Virus record (IMG/VR): IMGVR_UViG_3300027908_000025
From: a virus
Length of the DNA: 64,000 bases
Reading direction: 5' to 3' (one strand)
The notes under the pieces are model-generated. The model made no database searches and had not been told where the DNA came from. It worked only from the letters and a program-made list of their open reading frames with translations. Made by a program: the position numbers and the translations under genes. Every line of letters starts with the position of its first letter. Within the stretch, counting starts at the first letter, position 1. Of the stretch, positions 33,656 to 43,294 are shown piece after piece.

Positions 33656-33931
33656 CTATTTTTGGGGCTTGGACTCCATACTCCATTTGCAAATATGTGT
33701 CTGAGGTTTGCCTTTGAACTCTTTATGTCGTTTAACTCTACCATGCAGCGTCCACTCTTCGCCTGGATTGAATGCATTGGACGGAGTTGTAATTGTCAGG
33801 ATGTTCTTATTCGCATCTAGTAGGATGTACAGATACCTCTTTATGTTCGTATTGTCCCAGCTAGCGCGATGTATCTTTCTAACGACAACAATTTTGGTCT
33901 CTATGAACTTGCCTATCTGTCCTACAAACAT
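33656..33931 (-). CDS. Stand-alone OB-fold-like protein
   Basis: FVG..G...LLD.N.N...GRVK.H..F.GKPQT pattern shared with 62396-63067. Confidence 0.6.
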   Translation of the reverse strand: MFVGQIGKFIETKIVVVRKIHRASWDNTNIKRYLYILLDANKNILTITTPSNAFNPGEEWTLHGRVKRHKEFKGKPQTHICKWSMESKPQK

Positions 33932-34248
33932 TTGCCACCGAGACTTTTGACGAAGTTATCTGTCAATGTGTCATAGTCTTCTTCGTGGATATGTTTCAAC
34001 AACTCAGGCTCATAGTGCATATACGGTAGGCCCTGGTCAAAATACGACACAGCTCTAAATTGCTTCTGATTGTAAGCTGCTGCAGTGTTGCTAATAAAGC
34101 TTCTCACATCATACCTTAGCACATCACCACGCTTTATCTGCGCTATAAATGCTTGGTACCAATGCATCCTGCACATTGTTTTCTCAACGTACTTACAGAA
34201 CTGATTGAGTGCATCAGGCGTCGAACGTAGGCTGTCGTTCATTAGCAT
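33922..34248 (-). CDS. Hypothetical protein
   Basis: ORF in array. Confidence 0.55.
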   Translation of the reverse strand: MLMNDSLRSTPDALNQFCKYVEKTMCRMHWYQAFIAQIKRGDVLRYDVRSFISNTAAAYNQKQFRAVSYFDQGLPYMHYEPELLKHIHEEDYDTLTDNFVKSLGGKCL

Positions 34249-34585
34249 TTTCTCGGTACCACTTTATCCCTAAACCCATAGCGTCAAACAGGCCGCAAAT
34301 CTCTATGAGCTTTACAGCTGCTTCCTTGACAGAGCTACCCTCATACTCTGTCTTACATTCCTCACTGCCATCGTGGCCTTTGAATACCTTACGCATCGCG
34401 TGATAAAAGGACCGTCCGTCAGGCTTACTGTCAGACTTGCCACCATATGCAGCACCGCTGTCATTTTGTAGGATAGCGCCACGCTCTAACGCTCCAGAGA
34501 TAATGTTTACTGCCATGGTGTGGTAGCTTGTCTTTGCTAGCATAGCTTTGGTTCCTTCTCTGGTTGTGCTGGTAGATTGTAACAT
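34214..34585 (-). CDS. Hypothetical protein (start probably internal)
   Basis: Downstream of promoter 34576-34604. Confidence 0.5.
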   Translation of the reverse strand: MLQSTSTTREGTKAMLAKTSYHTMAVNIISGALERGAILQNDSGAAYGGKSDSKPDGRSFYHAMRKVFKGHDGSEECKTEYEGSSVKEAAVKLIEICGLFDAMGLGIKWYRENANERQPTFDA

Positions 34586-34604
34586 AGGAAAGCGTGTCCG
34601 TCAA
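34576..34604 (-). promoter_or_regulatory. sigma70-type promoter
   Basis: TTGACG-N17-TACAAT. Confidence 0.75.
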
Positions 34605-34833
34605 GCTCGCCACGATTGCTTGCCGCGCATTACGTCAAGCACATTCTTTGCCACTTCGAAATTAGTTCTGCACCACACTTCGCATTCCATTGTCTCTTTA
34701 TTCTCTCTCAGGTAGAAGGTATAATCTGGGAAGAACTTTCTGCGAATAGAGTCAAGAATGTATAGCGATATTCCTTTGTTTGTAAGCGGTACTGCGCAAA
34801 CAATGTTCTCGTATCTTCCATTAACAATATCGT

Positions 34834-35145
34834 TCATTTAATCATCTCCTCTACCCTCTCAAAGATAAAATCGTTTAGTGTACTGCCGAATAGCGGGTGA
34901 GAGGCGACGTGTGGCGCGAGCGAGCTCGCGACGCCGGGAGCGCGGCCGAACCCTTTTGATTTGGCATAGTCGCGCATTAGTGGAACGAAATACGCTGAGA
35001 AAAGCGTCCTGTGATTTAAGGCATTGTGCTGAGCTACAAAAGCCTTATAGTCTTTAACTAGGTTAGGACGCTGCGTATGAACCCATTTACAGAATTCTCT
35101 CACAACCTCATTGCAAGCATTCGCATTACTCATTGTAGTATTCAT
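34834..35145 (-). CDS. Hypothetical protein
   Basis: ORF in array. Confidence 0.55.
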   Translation of the reverse strand: MNTTMSNANACNEVVREFCKWVHTQRPNLVKDYKAFVAQHNALNHRTLFSAYFVPLMRDYAKSKGFGRAPGVASSLAPHVASHPLFGSTLNDFIFERVEEMIK

Positions 35146-35521
35146 CCTGCTGCATTCGATTAAGCTGCATTCGATTAATATGTCTTACCCATGCACCCTC
35201 CGGCACATAGTTAATTGCGTGTGTTTTGCTATACTTGGTTAGGACCTGTATAGTTAACTGATCAACGATTTTCTTTACGTCCTGGTTCGTGGCCCCTAGA
35301 AATAAACCGGTATCAGCGGTAAACTCTTTGGTAAGTGGTATTACAACGTACAGCTTTATCCTCCTAGCTACCATAAACTCACCGATAGGAGCATTGAGCC
35401 TATCGAAATGTTGCTCAATGTACCGGTCGATACTATGAAGAGCAGCCTGGTAAGCTCTAATGTGTTGTCTAGAAAATACCCACTTGCAAAATGCTGTTAG
35501 CTCAAAACGATCACTTGCCAT
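35126..35521 (-). CDS. Hypothetical protein (FC.WV motif shared with 34834-35145 and 33922-34248)
   Basis: ORF in array. Confidence 0.6.
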   Translation of the reverse strand: MASDRFELTAFCKWVFSRQHIRAYQAALHSIDRYIEQHFDRLNAPIGEFMVARRIKLYVVIPLTKEFTADTGLFLGATNQDVKKIVDQLTIQVLTKYSKTHAINYVPEGAWVRHINRMQLNRMQQDEYYNE

Positions 35522-35902
35522 TACTTACCGAGTTTCTTATCCATCTTACGTTTGAATGCATCTAGTTCGGTATCGGCAATAAGGTATTTACTGTCGATAA
35601 ACTGTAGTAGGTTAGTTGGTACGGAAGTCGGTAGGTAAATAACAGTGCCACTACGAACCATAACTGCATGATAGAGTTTATTCTGCTTTGAAGCTTCCAA
35701 AGTTCACCTCACTTGGCTTCCCATTGGTTTATTACACGCTCCGATAGTTCAATGTACTTGCGATGATTGCGCACATACTCATTGTTCATGTGAAAGAGAT
35801 GCACCCCACTAGCAGATAAGTTATAACGGCCCATAGGGGTATTGGCAACAGTACGTTCGAGCTTTGTCCGAAATGCATACACTGCACCAACTATAACTGT
35901 AA

Positions 35903-36274
35903 CTAGAATATCCTTTTCAATAGCCATGTTGGTACTGCTCCATACTTGATGATTACTTGGCGTTGATCATTAAACCAAGTAGCAACGTAGGATGCAAGGT
36001 AAGAGTGGCTAAAATGATACCGTTCTAATAGTAATGTAGCAGGAATATGCCATAGCTGTACGAGTTTGCTTTGTTCATACCTAGGCGCACCGTAGACACT
36101 AGCAACTATCGGATCCTTTTCCATAAAGCATCTAACCTTATCAGGACTTACAACCAAGGTATCATTCATGCTATGAATATCATCATAGGAAGGTACAGCA
36201 TTAAGATAATCGTATGCATCTGCTCCAAACGCATACATTTCAAACGATGCTTCCTTAACATTCAGACACGCCAT
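35903..36274 (-). CDS. Hypothetical protein
   Basis: ORF in array. Confidence 0.55.
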   Translation of the reverse strand: MACLNVKEASFEMYAFGADAYDYLNAVPSYDDIHSMNDTLVVSPDKVRCFMEKDPIVASVYGAPRYEQSKLVQLWHIPATLLLERYHFSHSYLASYVATWFNDQRQVIIKYGAVPTWLLKRIF

Positions 36275-36578
36275 AGTATCTTACTCGCTTAATAAAGAAC
36301 ACATTCGCATGCCAAGAGATAGTTGCGCTGATAAACTCCTCAACCCATGTCAAAGCATGTCCGCTTCGAGAGGTAAAGCCATAAAGCTCCTTAAACATGA
36401 TCATCATAACGCCAAGGGGCTCAATGCGAAGTGAATCGGCATAACCCAAGCGCCGCAACTGTTCATTGGATTTTTGGAGCGTAACAGTAAACTCTTTATT
36501 CGTACTGTGTTTCCTATGCGTATCCGAATCATACTCAAACACCAGGAACGTCATCGATTTGGATGTTTTGCAGAACAT
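36255..36578 (-). CDS. Hypothetical protein
   Basis: ORF in array. Confidence 0.5.
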   Translation of the reverse strand: MFCKTSKSMTFLVFEYDSDTHRKHSTNKEFTVTLQKSNEQLRRLGYADSLRIEPLGVMMIMFKELYGFTSRSGHALTWVEEFISATISWHANVFFIKRVRYYGVSEC

Positions 36579-36694
36579 TTAAGTCACCGATGGCTATGTA
36601 CAACCTAACCAGTCGTAGGATAAAAGAAAGGCCCGAAGAATGTTTATCGCATTCCCGAGCCTCTCTGAGCAGACGAGCAGCAGGTTCAATCCCC

Positions 36695-36723
36695 ACAGTA
36701 GCTCGCATCGGCCGGAGCGTCAA
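36695..36723 (-). promoter_or_regulatory. sigma70-type promoter
   Basis: TTGACG-N17-TACTGT. Confidence 0.65.
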
Positions 36724-36734
36724 GGGCGGGCCGT

Positions 36735-37175
36735 TTAGTAGATACTAGAACGTTTTAGGGGCTTTGCAGGCTTCTTCTTTTTCTCTTCTGCAATCCTGGC
36801 CTCGGCAAGTGTTGCAGCAAGTTCGTGGAGTGCATCCTGCACATACATAGGAATCTTACTCAGCATCATGGTACCGAAGTATTGGAGAGTGTACCGCATT
36901 GGCTTACCATTGCTATGGTAGCTATGAATGTAGTTATATAGGTAGAGAATAACGCTTTCGCTCTTACCAGTATCCAAATTCTCTATAACAAGCAATGCGT
37001 GATACTTGGGATCATAGTGTGCAGGTGGGGTTGCTCTTCGAACAATCCAGCCAGGATGCCCTGACAGCTCTGATGATGGAACTTCTACGACCGACTTGAT
37101 CGGGGCGGGCTCATCTAATTCTTTTGCTGCAGCAATACCCTTCTTTGCGGCCTCGGCGAACACTTTCTTATTCAT
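36735..37175 (-). CDS. Hypothetical protein
   Basis: ORF in array. Confidence 0.65.
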   Translation of the reverse strand: MNKKVFAEAAKKGIAAAKELDEPAPIKSVVEVPSSELSGHPGWIVRRATPPAHYDPKYHALLVIENLDTGKSESVILYLYNYIHSYHSNGKPMRYTLQYFGTMMLSKIPMYVQDALHELAATLAEARIAEEKKKKPAKPLKRSSIY

Positions 37176-37803
37176 ACTTACACCTTATCATTTACATCTA
37201 CTTAGAGCGGCAAGCACGGCTTTCTTAGCAGCAGCAATGTCAGAAGAAGCCGTAGCCTTTTCGCCTTTAATAAACCAATATCCTGCGCTGCCATTAGGCA
37301 ATACTTGGATACTAGCAAGCCTTCTAGTGTTAGGAGGGTCTAGTAGGATGTAGTCGTATATTTCGTGGCTTGCATCTTCTCTTCGGACCCACATGTTATA
37401 CCTTATCTAGCAGATCTGCTTTACCAAGAATGCGCGCTATTTCTTCCTGTGATGAAAGGAAGTTCTTCTTGGCTTCCTTCCAGCGATCTAGCGCCTCTTG
37501 TGGAACGTCAACAGAATACTTGTCGGTTCTTTCCGTTGGCGGGCTGATTACATAGTACGGATATAGCTCACTTGCGTGAATAAAAACCCTCATGCTACTA
37601 TTCCTCCTGGGAGAGCATCCAATCAATAACGAGATTCTGCACATCTTCTGCATACTTTACAACGTCTGTAAAGTACATCAGTTTGCTTGCGTTATTGCGT
37701 GAAACTCTATACCGGTTCAAACTCGCAGCATGGACACTATAGCCCATAGCTCGCAGGAAGTTTACCGCGATCTGGAATCCAAGCGCTGTCCCCATAGCGT
37801 AGT

Positions 37804-37832
37804 AATCTAATGGCATCGTAAATGTCTGTCAA
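37804..37832 (-). promoter_or_regulatory. sigma70-type promoter
   Basis: TTGACA-N17-TAGATT. Confidence 0.7.
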
Positions 37833-37846
37833 GGTTCACTCGCAAT

Positions 37847-38479
37847 CTACCAACCAACAGCAACCTTTGCTTTCAGGTCATCTTTCAGCTTGCTACTGAT
37901 AAACCTCTTGAAGATATCTCGGATTTTGACAGCATCAGGATCTACGTTTTGATACACCAACGGGTCGACGTTGGTGCTTTTCGTATAGATTCTGTCAATG
38001 GTTAGGCGTGACTTGATAATACCATCCCACTGGTTATTTCCTGAGTAGTAAACAAGTGCGCGCCTATTAATTGACTCCCCATACTCGGTCATACTACAGT
38101 CAGTTAGATAGATGATACCGACAGTAGGATGAACTGCCTCGTCAACAATATACTTCGAGTGCTGCGCATTATTCCAGCTCTTGCAGGACAGTACTCCGCG
38201 CATACTCTTGGTAAGAAGATCCCACAGTCCATCAACTCCATCGGAGGAGAAAACGATATCCATCTTAACCGGAGCAGGAGCGCTCAAAGGTGCAGGCACA
38301 TTATTGTAGTACGGTACAAGAGGAGTAATCATTTCTTCGCACTGCTGCCTACAGTTTTCCAACCCAAGATCAGGGAACGCCTTTTTGACGATGGGCAAGG
38401 ACCAGGTAGGATTAGTTTTAATCCAGTCTGGAAGTTTCTTAGCTTGCTCACTCGCCAAAAACTCAGCAGCACTAATCAT
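37847..38479 (-). CDS. Uncharacterised protein, paralog of 39770-40576 (SMRG..SC..W motif)
   Basis: WDLLTKSMRGVLSCKSW...P.VGIIY...TEYG..I..R. Confidence 0.75.
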   Translation of the reverse strand: MISAAEFLASEQAKKLPDWIKTNPTWSLPIVKKAFPDLGLENCRQQCEEMITPLVPYYNNVPAPLSAPAPVKMDIVFSSDGVDGLWDLLTKSMRGVLSCKSWNNAQHSKYIVDEAVHPTVGIIYLTDCSMTEYGESINRRALVYYSGNNQWDGIIKSRLTIDRIYTKSTNVDPLVYQNVDPDAVKIRDIFKRFISSKLKDDLKAKVAVGW

Positions 38480-38494
38480 TGTCCATCTCCTCCG

Positions 38495-38686
38495 TCATTC
38501 GCCCTGCCACCTGAGCTTACCATCCTTGCACTTGCGAAGCACTAGTGTAGCTTGGCAGTGCTCACATTCAATTTCCATACCTTCTTCCGCACGATCATTG
38601 CAGTTCATCACGTGGTCTTGACAGCACGTAAACAAACCTCCATGATCGTAATCTATCTCAAAGTCGCAGACCTTCATAGCTTGCAC
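38495..38686 (-). CDS. Zn-ribbon protein
   Basis: TCC..H...CEHC. Confidence 0.55.
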   Translation of the reverse strand: MQAMKVCDFEIDYDHGGLFTCCQDHVMNCNDRAEEGMEIECEHCQATLVLRKCKDGKLRWQGE

Positions 38687-38699
38687 CTTTCTTCACACT

Positions 38700-39035
38700 T
38701 CATCGCTTTGCTCCTAGCCTCACACCATACTTGGTATGAAAGAAGAACGCAATACTGAGATACAGCTTACCAAGTAGTGTATCAGTTTCAATCTCGCTGC
38801 ATAGTGTACCGGGCTTAAAGTAGTTATCAGGCTGAGTATCACGCGGCAAGTAATGATGCCATGGACACACATATCCACCGAACTTATTGCGTGCGATTGC
38901 AGCATACCCGCATCGTCTCCGATCGGGCCAATCTCTGGCCATCGTACAGCGCGGTTGAAACGATTTAAGGATTCTTCTAGTGAGATTCATTGCTTCCATT
39001 TCCGGGATTCGCCGTAAATGATGCATGTAAGCCAA
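38700..39035 (-). CDS. Zn-binding hypothetical protein
   Basis: C...C...CPWH. Confidence 0.55.
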   Translation of the reverse strand: MAYMHHLRRIPEMEAMNLTRRILKSFQPRCTMARDWPDRRRCGYAAIARNKFGGYVCPWHHYLPRDTQPDNYFKPGTLCSEIETDTLLGKLYLSIAFFFHTKYGVRLGAKR

Positions 39036-39230
39036 AAGAACAGTACTAGAATGCCTAATACTATGAATGTATAGAATCCAAGAAAGTGCAGCATTAGGGT
39101 CATCGCGGCCACAGCAAGCACAATACAGAACATGATACCAAACGCTTGACCTGCTGACTTGAGAAGAAGCTTCCAGTTCATTTTGCCCTACTCCTTGAAC
39201 GTTTGTCTCATAGTAAGTCCACGCAAGCGC

Positions 39231-39773
39231 TCACGCAAGCATCCGTGGCAGTGTCGCCTTGTGATGAAAGCCTATGGTAAAGATCATCCTAGATCCTTCC
39301 ACTATCGTTTTCACTTCGTGCTCCTGCAACTCTGGACGTAGCACAAGAGCATCGCCCTCATTAAGCTTTACTTCCTCACCATCGACAAACAATTCCCCGC
39401 CCTTTGCCGCTGAATCAACCATCACGTTCACGCGATGGAGCTTGCAGGCTTCTCTAGATTCTGTTGCAAGATCATGCAGTTGGTGCGTGAAAGTTACATC
39501 GTATACCCAATCCTTGTGGGGCTGTATAAAACCTCCCTCCTTGTAGCTAATAAACTGCTGGATACTGCGACCCTCAAACGGGGGTGTAAGTCCGGCAGCA
39601 GTCAAGAATTTCTGGTAGAGAGCGTCTGGAATCCCATAGCCTGTTCCAAACCTGTGCACTGTGCCACACTTATAGATACCTGGTCGGGCGCCCTCATAAT
39701 GAACGCATGTATTTGACAGCCTCCGCAGTGTAAAGAGTTCGCTTGCTGTGAGGAAGCTCTGAATGACTCTCAT
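39231..39773 (-). CDS. 2OG-Fe(II) oxygenase (prolyl-4-hydroxylase-like)
   Basis: Y..GGFI.PHKD...GGEL...GDAL...HEV..I..GSR; start re-called to MRVIQ (ATGA overlap, AAGGAG RBS). Confidence 0.85.
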   Translation of the reverse strand: MRVIQSFLTASELFTLRRLSNTCVHYEGARPGIYKCGTVHRFGTGYGIPDALYQKFLTAAGLTPPFEGRSIQQFISYKEGGFIQPHKDWVYDVTFTHQLHDLATESREACKLHRVNVMVDSAAKGGELFVDGEEVKLNEGDALVLRPELQEHEVKTIVEGSRMIFTIGFHHKATLPRMLA

Positions 39774-40576
39774 AGCTGCACCGACTCCTTCTTCTCTGCT
39801 TCGACCATTGGCTTTGGAATGATCTTTGTCCAATCACAATCGATCTTACTACCGTACTTTATGTTGCTATCCCTGTAGCAAACCCAACCTTTATTCTCTG
39901 TCCAAACGCTGTTATAGTCATAATCAATAAGCTCCTTCACAGGCTCTGACAGGGGAATTGTAGCATTCTCTGGAAGCACCGGGCCTGGTTCAGTATTTCC
40001 GGTGTAAATTGGAAGAGGGCAGCGCTCAGCTAGAAACTCCTTGAATATCCATCTGGCATAAGCTCCATATGGTTCGGAATGACAGTACGTTTTCTCTAGA
40101 AACAAACCGTATGACTTATCTAGAAGCTGAATTAAACGCACAACGGAACGATACCATATACGACTCCCGTATTCAGTATCACCTCTGTTAATACAGATCA
40201 TACCGCAGTAAGGATCAATGACAGACCCAACCAACGTATGCCTCCGCTCTCCATCCCACTTTATGCACGACGTGAGTCCGCGCATGGACATTGTCATGAT
40301 ATCAAATGCGCTTGATGTAAACTCAACGTAGCTGCCTTGCAGCGGAACAATATCATACAGCTTAAGTCTCTTCTCGACAGGCATCACCATTGCATTCCTT
40401 AGAAGAGCATCTAGAACTACACGGTGGGATTGAATGCCGAGCGATAGCTCATTAGGATTGATGTCAATCTTCTTGGATGCATCACTCAATCCAATAGTAG
40501 GGAATACCTTCTCGACCTTATGGTGCTTAAAGATCGGATGAGACGTTACGAATGAGGGGAATTCTACCGCTGCCAT
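39770..40576 (-). CDS. Uncharacterised protein, paralog of 37847-38479
   Basis: FDIMTMSMRGLTSCIKW...DPYCGMICI...TEYGSRI.YR. Confidence 0.8.
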   Translation of the reverse strand: MAAVEFPSFVTSHPIFKHHKVEKVFPTIGLSDASKKIDINPNELSLGIQSHRVVLDALLRNAMVMPVEKRLKLYDIVPLQGSYVEFTSSAFDIMTMSMRGLTSCIKWDGERRHTLVGSVIDPYCGMICINRGDTEYGSRIWYRSVVRLIQLLDKSYGLFLEKTYCHSEPYGAYARWIFKEFLAERCPLPIYTGNTEPGPVLPENATIPLSEPVKELIDYDYNSVWTENKGWVCYRDSNIKYGSKIDCDWTKIIPKPMVEAEKKESVQL

Positions 40577-40577
40577 G

Positions 40578-40796
40578 CTACTTCACCATACCACCTGGAC
40601 TGTTTGTGAGAACACTAAAGTCGCTCATCTCACCATTGTTAATGGCGTCTTTGATATCCTTCCAGATATCAACGATGGATTCATCGCACTTGGACTCTTC
40701 CTTGATGTATGATACGAGATCGGTACAGCGAGCAGGTTTATCACCGTGCTCCCTAAAGAACTGCTGAGCGTACTTGAGTAGCAGCTTGCTTTCCAT
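40578..40796 (-). CDS. Small wHTH-like protein
   Basis: DLV..I...I..AI..G....L...PGG.VK. Confidence 0.5.
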   Translation of the reverse strand: MESKLLLKYAQQFFREHGDKPARCTDLVSYIKEESKCDESIVDIWKDIKDAINNGEMSDFSVLTNSPGGMVK

Positions 40797-41015
40797 TTAC
40801 CGTCTCCTCATCCCTTCTCTCAGACTTATTGCCAGTACTAAGAATAGTAGCGGTGTAAACATCGTTAGTAGTACTACCGGAAACCTCCAAAAGATAGCTT
40901 GATTTACCGGGATAGACGCCCTCTTTGTCTTTACTATGTGCTCTTTTGTCAGGATAATGACAGCAGGAGTTTGCGCTACAAACACATTTGTTCTGTAGGG
41001 ACTCACAGGAGTCAT
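40797..41015 (-). CDS. Single-TM protein (Y-R-T motif N-terminus)
   Basis: SPYRT then C-terminal TM; same layout as 42019-42231. Confidence 0.55.
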   Translation of the reverse strand: MTPVSPYRTNVFVAQTPAVIILTKEHIVKTKRASIPVNQAIFWRFPVVLLTMFTPLLFLVLAISLREGMRRR

Positions 41016-41019
41016 TTCT

Positions 41020-41406
41020 TCACCTTAGTCCTAGTGCTCGCGCACCTCTATCAATACCAGTCTGGTGTCCACTGTAGTCATAACGACACCCATCGCACCA
41101 ATTACCAATACCTCTTTCAACATGTGTAAGTGCAACAGCTGCATCAATCATCGCATCATTGATTCGACGCCATGCGACACACTCCGCATGAGAAACAGGA
41201 TGTACGATGTGATTATTGACCCAGCTGTAATGTATGCGACTCTCAATCATCGCAGCGTAAGCTGTTAGCTGGCGCGGCAGATTTCTATTCTGGAAGCTGT
41301 ATGCAGCTGCCATCCAACTTTCAGAGTCCGCAGACAATGTGAGAGTTTCGAGCATGTTCGCACTCACGCGCGTGTAGGCCAGAGCGCGTGTCCTAGACGT
41401 TCCCAC
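41020..41406 (-). CDS. Hypothetical protein (start probably internal)
   Basis: ORF in array. Confidence 0.45.
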   Translation of the reverse strand: MGTSRTRALAYTRVSANMLETLTLSADSESWMAAAYSFQNRNLPRQLTAYAAMIESRIHYSWVNNHIVHPVSHAECVAWRRINDAMIDAAVALTHVERGIGNWCDGCRYDYSGHQTGIDRGARALGLR

Positions 41407-42035
41407 ATGGGGTTTAGGTCTTGCCTGAGAGAGCGTAGTCTTTCGGTAAACGTTTGGTGTTCCCTACGATACATCACCAAATGAGAGTAATTGTCCTTTG
41501 CCGCGTTCTCTACGTTAGCGATTCGATCGGCAAGTTTCAAGGGGAGCGCAGCAGAATTCTTGACCATCTTGTCGTACATGCTATCGTTGCGAGCATGTCG
41601 GTTTCTCCCGACACCCGTGCAAGACCACACATACTCTGCCACCACGGGGCCAAACTCACGCTCGATATCTGCCTTGGATGTAATAGTGTCCTCCACAACA
41701 TCATGCAGCCACGCAGCAACAAGCATAAGCCCGCTGTATCCAAAGTCAGCAAGTACATCATGTACTGCTTTAAGATGGAATGTGTATGGCTTATCACCAT
41801 ACATCTGCTCACCGTGTGCCTTCATAGCAAAGTCTCGCGCATACTCTTCGATCGTTTCTAGAGTATGCACTTCCACTACCTTGTCGCCAATGATTCTAAT
41901 CCACTCACCATTTGCATATCGGATAACGGTGGGACGCTTGCTGTTTTCAAACTCGGCACTGCCACCACAGATATAGCTGTATGTACCAGTGTACTCGCGA
42001 GCGACCGAAGGTAGGTGTTTATAGATGTCGTCCAC
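41364..42035 (-). CDS. RelA/SpoT-type HD hydrolase (small alarmone hydrolase, Mesh1-like)
   Basis: A..FA..AHG.Q.Y...PY..HL..V...AAWLHDVVEDT...FG..VA..V...T...KLADR..N. Confidence 0.9.
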   Translation of the reverse strand: MDDIYKHLPSVAREYTGTYSYICGGSAEFENSKRPTVIRYANGEWIRIIGDKVVEVHTLETIEEYARDFAMKAHGEQMYGDKPYTFHLKAVHDVLADFGYSGLMLVAAWLHDVVEDTITSKADIEREFGPVVAEYVWSCTGVGRNRHARNDSMYDKMVKNSAALPLKLADRIANVENAAKDNYSHLVMYRREHQTFTERLRSLRQDLNPMWERLGHALWPTRA

Positions 42036-42231
42036 TAAACTTCTCCAGCTCTGGCACGAGTCCGCAGTGATGTAGGTAGATTAGAACACCAATAGCTATC
42101 TCAAGCCCAAAAAGGATACCTGTTCCAAGAATAACGAAGTACTTTGGCCACGTAAGAATAACCGGACGCTTAATCTTGACCGTATCCTCCTGCCAATTTG
42201 CTGCAGGAGGAGCATAAGGGTTTCTATTCAC
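42019..42231 (-). CDS. Single-TM protein
   Basis: NPYAPP N-terminus, C-terminal TM. Confidence 0.6.
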   Translation of the reverse strand: MNRNPYAPPAANWQEDTVKIKRPVILTWPKYFVILGTGILFGLEIAIGVLIYLHHCGLVPELEKFSGRHL

Positions 42232-42464
42232 AGGACCCGGTCGTCCTCTTTGCGCGCAAGCTCTGCAGGCTCCTGCTCCTCACGAACGCTATTGTCAGAA
42301 GTCCACCGAAAGAGACCCGTGTAAATGACAAGCTGGTTGCTCTCACTACCGTCTTCTTCGATAGTGGCCTGACCGCTCCGAACCATACCAATGATCTTAT
42401 TACGCTGCTCTTGGGTCGTAAGGGCTCGCGGCTGAGGCTTGGGTGGTCGCATCGGCATGTTCAT
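42228..42464 (-). CDS. Hypothetical protein (DN.GQL/V.YTG type)
   Basis: GGAAGGA RBS; resembles 13763-13924 (D.S..QL....G..RW.D). Confidence 0.6.
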   Translation of the reverse strand: MNMPMRPPKPQPRALTTQEQRNKIIGMVRSGQATIEEDGSESNQLVIYTGLFRWTSDNSVREEQEPAELARKEDDRVL

Positions 42465-42513
42465 TGTTTTTGTCCTTCCTTTGCTTGACAGACGTTAGCT
42501 AGTTGCTACAATG

Positions 42514-42542
42514 AAAAAGGCGAGGCAACTAGCCTCGCCTTT
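42514..42542 (-). terminator. Rho-independent terminator
   Basis: AAAGGCGAGGC-TAGTT-GCCTCGCCTTTTT. Confidence 0.8.
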
Positions 42543-42720
42543 GAGCGATATCCCAATTGTCGATTGCATGAAACGCAATACAGCCACACCAGATAACTGC
42601 TAGACATACAGGACCCGCCACCATTGTTGTCTCCCACGACCAAGGAACGGTGCCTAGGATGATACCCATAATATAACCTCGCAGTGCGTGATGCATTAGT
42701 GAGGGACGAATCCACACGTT

Positions 42721-42969
42721 TTATCGCCTCGCGTTGAGTTTCCGTAGTTCTGTACGAATGTCGCTTAGCTTACTGGAAATACTCGCCAAAAGGCAGAAAC
42801 TCCATATCGTAGCGAGGATATAAAAATCGTGTGTTCGCTTAGGTTCCGGATCATGATACAGTGCGATTCCGCCCCACACCAGACCACCGATACATACAAC
42901 AAGACATGCTAGCGCAAAGATGCCTTGCAGGGAGCCGCTTTTTCTGTACCAGGGTAGAAATCCGTACAT
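42721..42969 (-). CDS. 2-TM membrane protein
   Basis: Hydrophobic segments. Confidence 0.6.
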   Translation of the reverse strand: MYGFLPWYRKSGSLQGIFALACLVVCIGGLVWGGIALYHDPEPKRTHDFYILATIWSFCLLASISSKLSDIRTELRKLNARR

Positions 42970-42975
42970 GATTTA

Positions 42976-43251
42976 TCAGGCCCCGTTTGCCACGCCGTGG
43001 GCAGGCTTTGCAGCCTTCGCCCGCTTGTCAACACAAGAGGCGCAAGCCCACCGCATCGGACGCGTGATCCCCATAGAAACCGGCCTAAAGCCCTCTTTCC
43101 AAGCTTTCTCGTGCGCTTGTCCGGGGTCCTCACCAGTCTTGATGGCGGACGCATTACAGAAATCGCACACGCATTGCCACGATCTTACGTCATAGCTCCT
43201 GCCACCGACTTTGACCTTGTGGAAAGACGTCTCACACTGCTTGATTGCCAT
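42976..43251 (-). CDS. Zn-ribbon protein
   Basis: CDFC...AW.EGF...CASC; AGGA RBS. Confidence 0.65.
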   Translation of the reverse strand: MAIKQCETSFHKVKVGGRSYDVRSWQCVCDFCNASAIKTGEDPGQAHEKAWKEGFRPVSMGITRPMRWACASCVDKRAKAAKPAHGVANGA

Positions 43252-43294
43252 TGTCTTTTTCTTCCTGTAGCTGAATGTCGCGCGAAACCGATTC

